Shown here one piece after another: positions 1 through 13,000 of a stretch of 64,000 nt of DNA. How positions within the stretch are numbered: position 1 is the stretch's first letter; each line of letters starts with the position of its first letter. Below the pieces are notes generated by a model that was given only the letters and a program-made list of their open reading frames with translations, searched no databases and had not been told where the DNA came from. The position numbers and the translations under genes are program-made. The stretch covers positions 1,922,001 through 1,986,000 of the forward strand of contig JAWMAR010000363.1 of NCBI GenBank assembly GCA_036785375.1. The letters are read 5' to 3'. The DNA comes from Leucoraja ocellata. Its lineage: Eukaryota.

Positions 1-133
1 TGTCCCTAGTGCATATTAGATCGTGCTAATATATGAGGTGATTGCTGGGTGGCGTAAACTCGGTGGGCCGAAAGGCCTGTTTTCATGCTGTATCTCTAAA
101 CTAAACTTACTAAAAAAAACTAAAGTAAACTAA
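1..133 (+). mobile_element. HE1-like V-SINE, 3' end
   Basis: Tail GGTGGGCCGAAAGGCCTGTTTTCATGCTGTATCTC(TAAAC)n is shared with many copies in the window. Confidence 0.8.
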
Positions 134-653
134 AATTCATTGTAGACACTTTGATTGGCATTATTTTCATCCATGAACTCCAACCCAGCACAAGGTGCCA
201 CCTACAAAGCACACAACATGAAACAGACCCTTCAGCCCAACTCGAACATGCTGACCAAGATGCCCTATCTTAGCTTGTACCATTTGCCCATGTTTGGCCT
301 GTATCTCTCTAAACCGTTCCTATCCATGTACCTGCCCAAATGTTTTAAATGTTGTTATTATACCTGTCCTGCCTCAACTATTTCCTATGGCAACTCACTC
401 GAAGTATTTAATGTGAATGTGAAAGAGAATAGGTTAAAGGGAAATAAGTGAGGAAATGGGACAATGCTCTGGGAAGAATAAACTTAATGGTCGGTATGGT
501 ATCCACTGATTTTGTCAAATTCCTCCACATGCTTCATGCGGAATGACATCTTCCCAAGTATCCCAGGCATAGAAATTGTATCAAATAGAAAGAAACATAT
601 AATGAGGTTTTAATGTAGTTGAAACATTGCTGCTTTCACATCTACTCAAAGTA

Positions 654-748
654 CAGTCTGAAGAAGGGCCCTGACCCGAAATGTCACCTAACCATGTCCT
701 CCAGAGATGCTGCCTGAACCAACTGAGTTATTCCAGCACTTTGTGTTT
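654..748 (+). mobile_element. Penelope-derived short element with a degenerate hammerhead core
   Basis: CTGAAGA-AGGGCCCTGACCC-GAAATGTC is followed by the GATGCTGCC...CCAGCACTTTGTG tail also seen at 4536-4628. Confidence 0.7.
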
Positions 749-1212
749 TACTCAAAGTTCATTAGTGTCTGTCACCAGAGTACGCCTGTGAAATCTGAAT
801 GTATTCTGAAACAGCAAAGTAATTACTACATCATAGCAGAAAACTAAAAAGTTCAACATTTTATGTATATTTGAACCCAATAATATCAGGAAGGGAGTTG
901 GACTTGACACTGCACATTGCTGCTTTCTAAATTGTCATTATCATCTTTCATTGTTGCTTTTTACCATCTTTTTGCATCCTTCTGGAGTGTTTCAGCTTAC
1001 TAAGATTTTTTAAGATAACACAGCGAACGACTCGGCAACTATGAGACACTTCATTTCATTCCACGCTGTCAAAGCCTTGACCTAATCTACATCCTTCTCT
1101 GAGTGATGGACTACCCAGGGCAGAGGGCAGCCACTTATTGAGTATTACACGTCTGTAAATTGCCATAACCCACTGGCTAACCAGTTGTCCATAGTGTGCA
1201 GAACTTCATCCT

Positions 1213-1480
1213 TTAGACTTTAGAGATGCAGTGCGGAAACTGGCCCTTCAGCCCACCGAGTCCACGCCGATCAGCGATCACACCGTACACTAGCACTATC
1301 CTACACTCTAGGAGCAATTTACAATTTAACCAAAGCCAATTAACCTACACACCTGTACGTCTTTGGAGTGTTTGAGGAAACTGGAGATCCTGGAAAAAAC
1401 CCACGCGGTCACAGGGAGAACATACAAACTCCGTACAGACTGCATCTGTGGTCAGGATTGAACCTCTGCGCCACTGTGCT
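1213..1480 (-). mobile_element. HE1-like V-SINE
   Basis: Reverse complement of the SINE body and tail found at 43037-43340. Confidence 0.8.
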
Positions 1481-4223
1481 GCTCCATTCATTCACAATCT
1501 GCAGATTATCAGTCTGTAGGAATAGTTAGTTAATTTATGATATGACTACCAGGCTCTTCAGCGGAGAGTATCGTTTTGTATTGTTGACTACAGCACACCC
1601 AGAAATCCTATCTGAGGAAGCAACCTTCTAGGCACACTCTGGTGAAACAATACAATGGATTATATTATAAAAGCATTTAAAAGGCACTTGGACAAGGATA
1701 GGATACATTTAGAGAAATATGGGCCAAATGCAGGCAAATGGGATTAACTTAGATGGGGTATCTTGGTTGGCATGAATTAATTGGGCCAAAAGCCCTCTTT
1801 CTGTGCTGTATAACTATGATTCTGAGATATGTACAGCACAATCAAATTCTTGTAAGAGATTAATAGGGTTAATTGGAAAGAGTGTGTTGATGTAATATGC
1901 CTTAAACTGCAAAGTCAACACACTAACAATAAAAACGGCTGGAAGAACACAGCAAGTAGAGTTGTAGCTGTAGAGAAAAGGGATTGCCAGCATTTCGGGA
2001 CAAGAGCCTGCATCAATTTCTTTCCCCCACAGATACTGCTTGACTCACTGAGTTTCTCCAACATTTCCTTTCTTGCTCCATATTCCAGCATCTGCAGTCT
2101 CTTGTGTTTCCATAATGAAAACAAAGTAATTTTACCATATCTGAAAAGCTAATAAAATTTCAAGAGTCAAGTGTGTAGAATTGTCGCATGTATCAATGGA
2201 ACAATGAAATGATCTGATGGAGATTTGCTACCTTCAAACACGACAGTGCCTTCAGTACTTTTCGACGGTAACCCTGACTGCTCCTTAGACACTTTCAATA
2301 ACTGCTCCAATTTCCTCCGTCCTACTGTCTTTCTCCTCGGTAAATACAGAGGAAAAATACTCATTTAGGAACTTGCCCATCTCCTGTGGCTCCACACTGA
2401 GGTGGCTGCTTTGATTTCTGAGAGGTCCCACTCTCTCTCGTTACCCTTTTCACCCTTATGTATTTATTAAATCTTTTGAGATTGTCCTTAATGCTACCTG
2501 CTAGAGCTATCTCTGGGCCCTTTTTGCCCTTCTGATTTCCTTTTTTACTTTACTCCTTAGTTCCCGAAATTGCTCCAAGGATGCATGTGATTGCAGCTGC
2601 CTATACCTGTCCCATGCATCCTTCTTGTTTTTGACTAACTTCTCAATTTCCCTCGTCAGCCAAGGTTCCTTACATTTGCCTGGTTTCCCCTTCATTCTAA
2701 CGGGGACGTACACACCCTGAGCTTTCTTCAGTACACTTAAAAACATCCCACTTGGCCGATGTTCCTTTCCCCTCAAATAATCTGCTCCAGTCAACTTGAG
2801 CGAGACCTTCTCTCATACCCTCTAAGTTGGCCTTATCCCAGTTGACCATTTTAACACCTGTCCCTATCCATAACTATCTTAAATCTAATCAAACTGTGGT
2901 GACTTGTCCCAAAAGGCTTATTCACACAGACTTCATTAACTTGCTCTTCCCAATTTCCCGATACTAGATCCAACGTTGCCCTCTCACATGTGGGGGCTTC
3001 CACGTTCTGCTTAAGAAAACTCTCCTGAACACTTTTGAGGAATTTCACCCCATCTAAACCCTTCATGCTATGATTGTCCCAGTCTATATTGGGCAAGTTA
3101 AAATCCCTGACAACAACAACCTTATTTGACCTGCAGCTGTCTGCAATCTCCTGGCACATTTTTTCTTCTAATTCCCGTTGACTATTTGGGGGTCTGTAGT
3201 ACACCCCCAACAAGGTGATCATCCCTTTCTTGTTCCTCAGCTCCATCCATATAGCCTCACTAGATGAACCGTCCGTAGTGCCACCTCTGAACACATCCGT
3301 GACATCCCCATTAACCAACAATGCCAACCTCCTCCTCTTTTTCCCTCACCCCCGTCTCTCCTGAAGCTCCTGTACCGCGGAACATTGAGCTGCCAGTCCT
3401 GCCCGTCCCTTAAACAGGTTTCAGTCATGGCTACAACGTCCCAGTCGCTCGTACCTATCCATGCCCTGAGCTCATCTGCGTTATCCGTCAGGCCCCTTGC
3501 ATTAAAATACGTGCAGTTTAAACCAACCCTCCTACTTCACTCTCCGCCTTTCACCTGCCTATTGTGTCCACTAACCTTTTCCACACTACCTCCCATACCA
3601 ACTTCTAGCCAATCACGTGCCTCTGTCCTGCATGAGATCCCACCCCCCTGCCAATCTAGTTTAAACCCTCCGTGTAGCATTAGTAAACCTTCCCGCTAGG
3701 ATGTCGGTCCCCTTCCAGTTTAGACTCAGCCTGTCCCTTTTATACAAGTCACCCCTGCCCCGAAAGAGATCCCAATGATCCAGAAATCTGAATCCCTGCC
3801 CCCCTGCACCAACTCCTCAGCAACACATTCATTTCCCCTATCTTCATATTCTTACCTTCACTTGCACGAGGTACTGAAAGCAATCCTGAGATCACTATCC
3901 TGCAGGTCCTGCCTTTCAGTCTTCTACCCAATTCAGTAAATTCTTGTTGCAGAACCTCCTTCCTCGTCCTACCTATATCATTTGTGCCAACATGCACAAC
4001 AACCTTTTGTTGTGGCTGCTCCCCCTCACTCTTGAGGATGCCGTGCAGCCACTCCGATACGTCCTGGACCCTAGCACCAGGGAGGCAACACACCATCCTG
4101 AAGTCTCGCCTGCTGCCGCAGAATCTCCTGTCCGCACCTCTGATGATGGAGTCTCCCACCACTACGGCTCTGCCTGACGTCACTCTTCCCCGTTGAGCCT
4201 CGGCACCAGGATTGGAATCACAG

Positions 4224-4628
4224 TACCTACAATAACCTACCTGAACTGCTGGTGGCTCAGCACTTCAACTCCCCCTCCCATTCCCAATCTGACCTCTCTG
4301 TCCTGGGTCTCCTCCATTGCCAGAGTGAGCAACACCGGAAATTGGAGAAACAGCACCTTATATTCCGCCTGGGTTGCTTGCGTCCGGATGGCATGAACAT
4401 TGATTTCTCCCAATTTTGCCAGCCCTTGCTGTCTCCTCCCCTTCCTTAACCCTCGAGCTATATCCTCCCATCCCCCCGCCCTCGGGCTCCTCCTCCTCCC
4501 TTTTTCCTTCCTTCTCCCCCCCACCCCCCATCAGTCTGAAGAAGGGTTTCGGCCCGAAACGTCACCTATTTCCTTCGCTCCATAGATGCTGCTGCACCCG
4601 CTGAGTTTCTCCAGCATTTTTGTGTACC
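4224..4628 (+). mobile_element. 5'-truncated Penelope-like element inserted in CR1 ORF1
   Basis: GIY-YIG C-terminus VAQHFNSPSHSQSDLSVLGL...EKQHLIFRLGCLRPDGMNIDF. 12-bp TSD TTGGAATCACAG at 4212-4223 and 4629-4640. Confidence 0.88.
4536..4563 (+). ncRNA. Minimal type-I hammerhead ribozyme core (Penelope-associated)
   Basis: CUGAAGA-A-GGGU[UUCG]GCCC-GAAA-C-GUC, with a palindromic ACGU at stem III. Confidence 0.7.
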
Positions 4629-6057
4629 TTGGAATCACAGCCCTGGCTTCCACTCAATCTTGTTGTATCGTCCACTCCCAAGAGGGTGCACCTGTTTTCA
4701 GTAGGTACAGCCACCGGGTTCTCCTGCACTCCACGTTTGCTCCTCTTTCTCATAGTCACCCACCTTCGCTCTTCCGGTATACTCGGTGTGACAACCTCAC
4801 TGTCCGTACTGTCCAGGAAAATCTTGTTTTCCCGGATGCCCTGAGGCCATCCAGCTGCTGCTCCTGTTCCCCAACACATTCATTCAGGAGTTGCACCTGG
4901 ACACAATTTCTGCTGGTGTAGTTGTACATCTTGTACGGTTGGGAACATTGGTCACCTTTGCTCTCTTCTACACATATCACAGAGTAGAAAGTGGCAGAAA
5001 TGAACAACTCTGACAACTGGAAAATTGGATTTAAATATAGATATATTACAAATGAAGTCCTTCAACAGGATTGATCAGACACCAGTGGTCATCCAGAGGG
5101 GTGATCGAAACATGAACTGTAATCTACAGTCGGGGTATCTTTGAGAACTGAGGGTACCATGATACATTATTGTAAAAGCCAATGCTGTTATTTTAAGATT
5201 TGGCTGTCTTCCATTTTGTTGATTGATCCACCTTTGTTATATGCTATTTTAAACAGTAAAACATAAGATAGACATTAATTGATGATGAGTTTTTTTGTAA
5301 TGTACCAGACGATAGTATAACACATTTTCTAGTGAACTCAGTGAGTTTAAAGGGAATCAGAAACAGAGTTCCACTGAGTTTAAATGGAGTGCAGGAAAAA
5401 GATGTCTGTGACATTAAGGTCGAATGTGTTACGTTATAGAATCACCCTCTGGGCCCTGGCCCTTGTCACAAACCTTCTGTGCTCCTGATCCCTCGTGTTC
5501 CCCTCCGGACCCTGTCTTCGGCTACAGTAATATAAGGCTGATCTGTGAAGAGAAGGTCCAACACTGAATTATTGGAATATTGTGTTCCTCAAAATCAGGG
5601 GATTATAGGGTTGACAGTTTGGGTACGTCCCAGCAAGATTTGGACATGTGTCTACATTATTGGTGGACAACAAATAAGACAACCACGACACTATGTTGGC
5701 CTGGGTGAGCTCATCATGGGAATTTGAGGGTCCAAGAGAGCTGGCCATTGGGATTGATTGATGAAGTCGGTCATGGGGATTGGTTGGTGTGGTGAAGAAG
5801 CCACTATTGGGTGCTGAGAAGCCAGCCATGGAGATCAATGAGTTGGGTGAGGCCAGCCACATTGGGGCGATAAAAGATTTCCATAACTCAAGGCATCTTA
5901 AGTAAGGACAACTTGTGCCACTCTCAGTTACTTGCCGGCCTCCAATGTTCCTGCACTGGGAGTAAGAGCATGTTCTCCTGGAAGTTCCCTGAATTGGGTG
6001 CCCAAGGACAGCATGGTTCCAATTCTCCCACAACGCTGCACCAGGAATGCATTATTG

Positions 6058-7099
6058 TAGGTATGTTGCAAAACCTACCTTAAGCGTCGCTGAAGATCTG
6101 TCCCAGCCCGTGTGTGCGATTATGGCGCCGTTTAGAGGGGGGCGGGTTTAAAACGCGATTTTCCCTAGGTTGTTCAAATCGAGCTTGTTCAGCCTACTAA
6201 GTTGCTGATGAAAAATCGCTTGGAGTTTCGCTCGCTGGAGCTATTTTTACATTTTACGGGTTTATTTAATTATTATAATAAGTTAAAAATTAACCTCTAA
6301 ACCCGCGACCACCGACAACGGGACGGATCTCATACAGGGGACAACGGAAGGTAGGTTGTTTATTTTTACATTAGAAAGCGTTTCTTAAGATCACTTTATA
6401 CAAAGTTTTATGTTGCGAGTAGCTAATTTGGGGCCCTATTAAATCCTGCAGTATTTTTCTGGGCATTTGGGGCACAAATCTACCGCAATGTGAACATTCT
6501 AAACCAGCGCGTTCCACAGGATCCCACTCGAAAGCTGATTTAAATGGCCATTAATTTACAGCAATTGAACACTAAATTCCTTCCATTTGGCCTATAAATT
6601 AATGTAAATGAGATTTAAAAATCATGTTTTATTGTGAATTCTTTGTGAATGTTATTTGGACACTTAGGCTATTTAAAAATGTTAATCTTTTCTTAAGAAA
6701 TGGATAGATGTTTAGATCTAGTAATTGAAGTTTGGAATTAGCTACAATTGGGTAACTAACTAATTATATGCTTTAATTTCAGGTAATCCAAGTAAGATTG
6801 TTTTATATTTGTTTCAGAATGCTTCAATCTATGATAACTGAAAATTTCATTCAGTTTTCTTAATTTTTAAGAAAGTTATGGGCTTTTGACTGTCCACGAT
6901 CGCAGCTTTTTTGTTATGTCCATAGAAAATCAATAGGGAACAAGATGCTAATTTCCGAGTATGAAAAGGGCCATAACTTTTTTAATACTTGAGATATGAA
7001 AGTGAATTTGGTGTCAAATTAAACTTCTTTTTATGCTTTATCTGATGGGATAAATTGCAGACTTGATTTTTTAAATCTCAAAATTGTGTAACATTGCAA
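6058..7099. mobile_element. Non-autonomous DNA transposon with a 7-bp TSD (hATw-like?)
   Basis: ATTATTG repeated at 6051-6057 and 7100-7106. Imperfect TIRs TAGGTATGTTGCAAAA and TTGTGTAACATTGCAA (11/16). No ORF. Confidence 0.6.
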
Positions 7100-8842
7100 A
7101 TTATTGCATGCATCCATGATATGGAAACTGTATCAGATTAGCAGAAGTGAATTAAGCTTTGGCCAACAATGAGATTTACTCCAAGTTAAGTTTGTTAACT
7201 GTGTGGCTCTGAGCTAACCACTGAACTTCTGACAAGCTAGTGATGTAAAATTATTAGTTATTTCAGGCTTCAGTGATAACACAGTAAGTTACATTAAAGG
7301 GAATATAAAATAGCAAAGTGTAAATTAAAATTAATGTCAGTTTTATTTATACAGTGTGACATTTCAGTTTATCATTTCATGATTTTCATTAATAAAAATA
7401 AATGAAAGAGAAGCAGAACAAAAGGTTATAGGAACCTTTAGAGAGTGCACAACAGAATTCCTCATGTTGCACGAGAGAAGATTAAATAATCCACCTCCTT
7501 GTCAACTGGGCTTATGAGCTGACATAATTGATAACATGCCCTCAGTTGCCGCACACAGTACCTCTTTATGAACTTAATTATCGGAATCCTTTGCTGAAAG
7601 GTCCTCACTTTCCTCCCAGCTTCAAAATACAAATGAGAGGGAGACATAATGAATCCCGGCATGTCCTCATTCCCACTGTGACATGGCGTCTGCCTAGTGA
7701 ACGGCTGAGATGAACATGTTTATATTAAGAACTGACAATGATAAAATTAGTACCAAAAAATAGTAAGACGAAATAGATCCTCATGCAAAGTGCCTATTTA
7801 GCATTTACCTTTATGATAGAAGCCAATATTTTATCATATTTAAGTGTAGATCCTTGCCCCCTGTATTTAATCAGAACACCAGATGAAAGACTAAGGCTCG
7901 TAAATTTCACTGCCCAATACTTAAAGTAGTTCCTTAATATCCATGTCGCTGTTTTTCTTGTAGGCAAATGAGGAAATATGAAAGGCCTGTTTTGACATTG
8001 GACTCGCTTGACATGTTTTCAAAGCCCAAGTCATTAATAGACTGGTACATGCAGTAGGTACAATTAAAATGATCAGTTGCTTATTTTCTGTATTGTTCTG
8101 TAATTACCTGAAGTTGCCTATACTTACTCTACCTGTATGTGTATCTGGGACCTATTTGAATCCCTGAGCACATCATCTACAAGTTGGGGGCTGCCTATAT
8201 TCCACCAAAGTCGTGAGATTAAGAAAGCATCAAAAATAATTGTTAATGACACAATTCTGTGCATTGATACTGATGGATCATTATTAATTATGAAGTAATA
8301 ATTGTTAATTGAAATAATTATTCATTATAATTAAGTATAGAACTACATGCACCTGACTTTATATTGGTTCTTGCAAAGTTCACAGTGTTGATAGGAATCA
8401 GTGGCAAAAATTAGCAGTTGCTAAACAATACATGGTATGTAAATATATGAAACTACATTATATGGTTTGAATTGTTAATCATCTTATCTAGGAAAATTTT
8501 AAACCAGAAATTTTTTTTTAAAAAAGAGCTGCACATGCTGGTAATCTGAAAAGTATTTTTTAAGGCGGAGATTGACAGCAGAATTAAAATTTCAGTAGGT
8601 TTCGGACACTGTCTAAAACTTGAATGCAGCTGCCATTCATAAACCAGAGGACCAAAACCACACCCCAAAACCCCAAGCATTAACTGAGGTTGTAGCACTG
8701 ATACACAATGAAACCAGAATGTAAAACCTTGTGTAAAGAATGCTGCAGTAACTTTTTTTCAGAGGAGAATGTATAGCAAAAATAATCATTACTTTAAGCC
8801 TGTTATCCACATAGTGTTTATCATCAGATTACTGATGATTAC

Positions 8843-9100
8843 AGTGGCACAATGATGCAGTTGGTAGAGCTTTTGCCTCACAGTGTTAGAGACCCGGGTT
8901 CGATCCTGACCTCGGATGCTGTCCGTGGAATTTGCACGTTCTCCATGTAGGTAACCCACATGGGTTTCCTCTCTTTGCTCCAGTTTCCACCCACATCCAA
9001 AAGACATGGACTAGTGTGAACAGGTGATCAATGGTCAGCTTGGACTTTGTGGGCCAAAGTGCTTCTTTCTATGCTGTATCTCTAAACTAAAACTAAACTC
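8843..9100 (+). mobile_element. HE1-like V-SINE
   Basis: B box GGTTCGATCC, V-domain-like body and (TAAAC)n tail. Confidence 0.8.
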
Positions 9101-9818
9101 TAACTAATGCTGGCTAGAAAATACACCGTTTACCATCAGTATCATCATGCATTGTCCATTTGGATGATTCTTACAAAATCTATTTAAATCTTGACAATTC
9201 TTGATGCATTAATAAAATAAACAAAAATGAAATATTGTGATACTGTGCCTATTACTCCAATATAGTACTGGTTTACATTGGAAAAATAGAATAGCATTTC
9301 CCATTCAGACAAGGTTAAGGACCAGGGTGCACAGATGTAATTTTTTTTTAAACGACAATGGGGATTTGAGGAGAAATTATTTTTATTGAGAGTACTTATA
9401 ATTCGCAATTCACTGGCTGCACAAAGACAGAATCAATCACTGCTCTCAAAAGGGAATTTGTTTAAGTACTTACAAACAAATAATTTGCAGGAATGTGAGA
9501 GAAGAGGGGTAGAATGAGGCTGATAGGATGTTTCAACCAGGAGCCAGCAGAGATTCAATGAACTAAATGGTCTACTTCTTTGTCTGGACAATTCCATGAC
9601 GGTATTAAATATTTGCTGTAAAATCTTTTAGCAAAATGGATCATTCTACAATTTTAACTTGGTAGATCATCTTACTTTTCAATGTACAATTTTGAGATCT
9701 CTAACTTTTACATAAATGTATACTTGCCCTCCTGTTCAGGCTGTCTTTGAATTGTGCTCCAAAATTAATAAGAGGATCTGCTGAAAAATGCAATCCTTCT
9801 CTGGGTTTGCAAGGACTT

Positions 9819-9856
9819 CCCCGCCCCTTACAGTTTCACTAATCAAGAGGCGGGAC
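9819..9856 (+). promoter_or_regulatory. Two GC boxes in the putative Islet-like promoter
   Basis: CCCCGCCCC at 9819-9827 and GAGGCGGGAC at 9847-9856 sit in AT-rich DNA, 150-190 bp upstream of the ATG at 10008. Confidence 0.4.
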
Positions 9857-10007
9857 ACGGCTATCGACTCTGCAAAACTCCACTGAATGAGAGTGAATCA
9901 GGGAGACAGATAGTGAAAGACAGGAGTTTTCAAAATACTCTGGCATTATTCTGTCAATGCCAGCAAGGTAACCATCGGCTTCTCAGAAAACCAGAGTAAC
10001 AGCTTCA

Positions 10008-10080
10008 ATGCCAACTTCACCTGATACCAGAGAGGGCATACAGGATCTCAACTTAGGGAATATGGGAAAATCTTCGAAAA
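10008..10080 (+). CDS. ISL: Islet-like exon 1 ([24 protein letters not shown])
   Basis: LGNMGKSSK resembles ISL2 LGAMGDHSK and ISL1 MGDMGDPPK. The AAA A|GTAAG phase-1 donor fits exon 2. An alternative ATG lies at 10062. Confidence 0.75.
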
Positions 10081-13000
10081 GTAAGATGCGCTTTTATTTG
10101 TTTTCAAAACTGCCATTATTTTATTGCAAACTGAATTTAATATGTGAATCTAAATACATGCAGCTCTGTTTTTCAGATGCAGCAGGGTATATTTTGTAAA
10201 TTACTTGGAATACACAAGATAATTGTAGCTGTGTTCTGCTAAAGAATACTCTCTAGGACAAATGCATAAGTTTTTTCTAACTGTTCTTTATATCCAACAG
10301 GCATAAATATGTTTTAGAAATGTTTTTAAAATCTCAATACTCACATTTCTTGATCCTGATTATGGTTAAAGCAACATATAGTCTTCACCAGGGAGTTATC
10401 TTATTTATGTGCATTTAGAATCTGAAAGTAGGAAGTTGTAACAATAAAGGCTGAGTAATTTTATAAATAATATTTTTCTGCAAAATATATATTGTACTAA
10501 TCTGTGAGTGTTGGTAGGTTAGCAGTCTGTTTTTAGAGAGCTAGATATTGTTATTCAGTCATGTCAATAAGATTGTAGGAAATATTTATTACTTTGCATC
10601 GCCATAGCATCCTGCAACATATGAATTTATCTTTATGCATTGTGATCTATTTCATTAAAAAAAATCTGCTACTAAATGTTAAATATGTTTAAAGATCTAT
10701 TTCATTAAAAAAATATATAATATTTTTATGTTCCAGAGAAATTACCAAAAATGCTACTGAACGTTAAATGTGTTTAAAGATCTATTTCGTTGCAAAAAAT
10801 TATAATATTTTTATGTTCCAGAGAAATAATCAAAAATGCTACTGAATGTTAAATGTGTTTAAAGTTTGTAAATATTAGGTTGACATGATGATCATTTTTT
10901 TTTAGAACATATTATAGAATTCATTGATTTGTTTTGTGAAATTGAGTTCTGTGACTCTACTTTTCAAAGTATACACACAAGATGACCTTGCAAACACCTG
11001 ATCGGCTTGTTCGTGTGATAAATGACTAATTTAATTTCTATAAGTTCTGGTTCAAGGTACACTGGTAAGAAATTATTCAAATCTTAGAATTTAAGCCGCA
11101 CCTCTAAGTATTAAAATCCTAAATAGTTTAAATAGCATGACAACTTCATTGTGCAACAAAATCCAAACATCCAATTTGTCGTTTTTGTACGCACTATTAA
11201 AACTAAAACTAAAATTATTGACAATAATTCAATAATTTCTGCTGAGTGGTTTTACTGAATGAGATTATTTTAAATGTATGTACAGTACATGGCAAGAGAG
11301 ATATGCAGAAGGTAAATTAGGCGAAGCTAAAAACCACTGTCAGTTGTCAAGCATCTAGCACCAAGACTGTTTGTCATTTGTACTGTTCATGGAACAATTA
11401 AATTCTTCCTGGCTGCAGCTTAAAAGGCTTGTAAATGCAATAGTACATAAGTGTATAATAATCAATAATACAAGAAAGTAATAACGATAATACCAGGTAC
11501 CATAACAATGCAAATAAAAATAGTAAAAATACCATAGAAGATCATAGTTGCTCATGTTAGTGTTGTACACTGTTCAAGACCTGATGGTTACTAGGAAGAA
11601 GCAGTTCTTGAACCTGGAGGTCACAGTTTTCAGGCTCCTGCACTTTCTTCCCAATGATAGTCATAAAATGAAAGCATGGGCAGAGAGGTGGGGGGGAGCG
11701 GTGGGCGGGGGCGGGGTACATAACGACATAGACATTTTCAGCACATAGTGGGAACCCTTGAGCTCATCATGCCTATTACAATTCCAACCAAAAACGATTG
11801 TACTCATGTTTATTCCACTTCCCAGTTCTCAGTCCATATCCTTATAAACTTTCACATTTCAAGTGCTCATCTGACTGTTTATGTGACGAGTGTTCTTGCC
11901 TCCACTATACTTTTAGACAGTTTGGATGATAAAAACAAGCTCATTTATAAGTTCTATAAAATCAGTGTCTTCTAGCTATTGACTTCTCTGCCAAGGATTA
12001 GAAGTCAATCCTGTTCACCCTCTCCAGATAATCTCTCTATAGTCTCCTTTATTCTAAAGGGACCAGTACCAGCCTTCTTGGTCTCTGCTCATAACTAGAG
12101 TTCACCTGCCCTGCAGTATCATTGTAAGTTATTCTTGCACCACTTCTAGTGCTCCCACTTCCTTCCCGTGGTGTGGTGACCTAAACCATATGTACAACTC
12201 CAGCTGTGACCTAGTTTGTGTTATAAAGTTTCAGCCTGACTTCTTTAGTCTCACACCGTAAGTATCCTGGCTTGAACTGTCGTCCCTCCACAGATGCTGC
12301 CTGACTCGCTGAGTTCCTCTAGCATTTTGTTTTTTTTGCTCAAGATTCCAGCATTTGTAATTTCCTGTGTCTCCCTTCCAGATCTTGTATTCCCTGCCTC
12401 AGACAATAAAGGCAAATGTCCCAAATCCTACTTTATCAATGTACACACTTGTTCTGTTAATTTCAGGGATCTGTGGACATGCAGCGTAGATTGCACTGTT
12501 TACTTAAAATTTATAGTGTTAGAGCATTTACCAGGCAACCCCTTACCTGTTTGCCCTCTTGAAATGCATAACCTCACACTTCTTCAGTTTGAATTCCATT
12601 TGCAATGCCATTTGGATGCAATTTACTGTTTGAATAAAAATATTGAGATAGAAATCAATATTAATACTAGATTTGATGGTAGTTTGCACAAATTTAAATT
12701 TATGTTTGCCACAACAAAAGAACTGAAAGGGCACATAATGTCCCATGAAGCAGTATAATACATAGCAGCATTATAGATCAAGATTAATAACGATCGTACT
12801 GACACTTATTCTGCATTGAAATGTATGCATTCGGTGAACTGCATACAGTCACTGATGACTGAATTACCTTCCTTATGGCCACAAGCAGGACCTCCAGGTT
12901 TGTTATCTCCGGTTTGCTTCCAGTTCTTCGTGCTGGCGAGAGCAGGAACAGGGAGATACGGGACCTGAATGTGTGGCTGAGGAACTGGTGCATGGTGCAG

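Larger units (their letters stand above)
2210..4985 (-). mobile_element. CR1-clade LINE, degenerate (ORF1 esterase plus ORF2 endonuclease, RT missing)
   Basis: ORF1 SGNH motifs VVGDSIIRG, CCLPGARVQDV and VHVGTND. APE motifs ETCL..QDWQLNVP, GVYYRPPNS and DFNLPNIDW. Frameshifts and stops are present. Confidence 0.9.

Noticed and set aside
5569-6033. 154-aa minus-strand ORF
   Set aside because: Non-ATG start, no recognisable motif and no splice context. Probably chance or an unrecognised old repeat.
8270-8340. Cluster of TAAT/ATTA motifs upstream of the gene (possible autoregulation)
   Set aside because: Expected by chance in very AT-rich DNA, and cannot be supported without conservation data.
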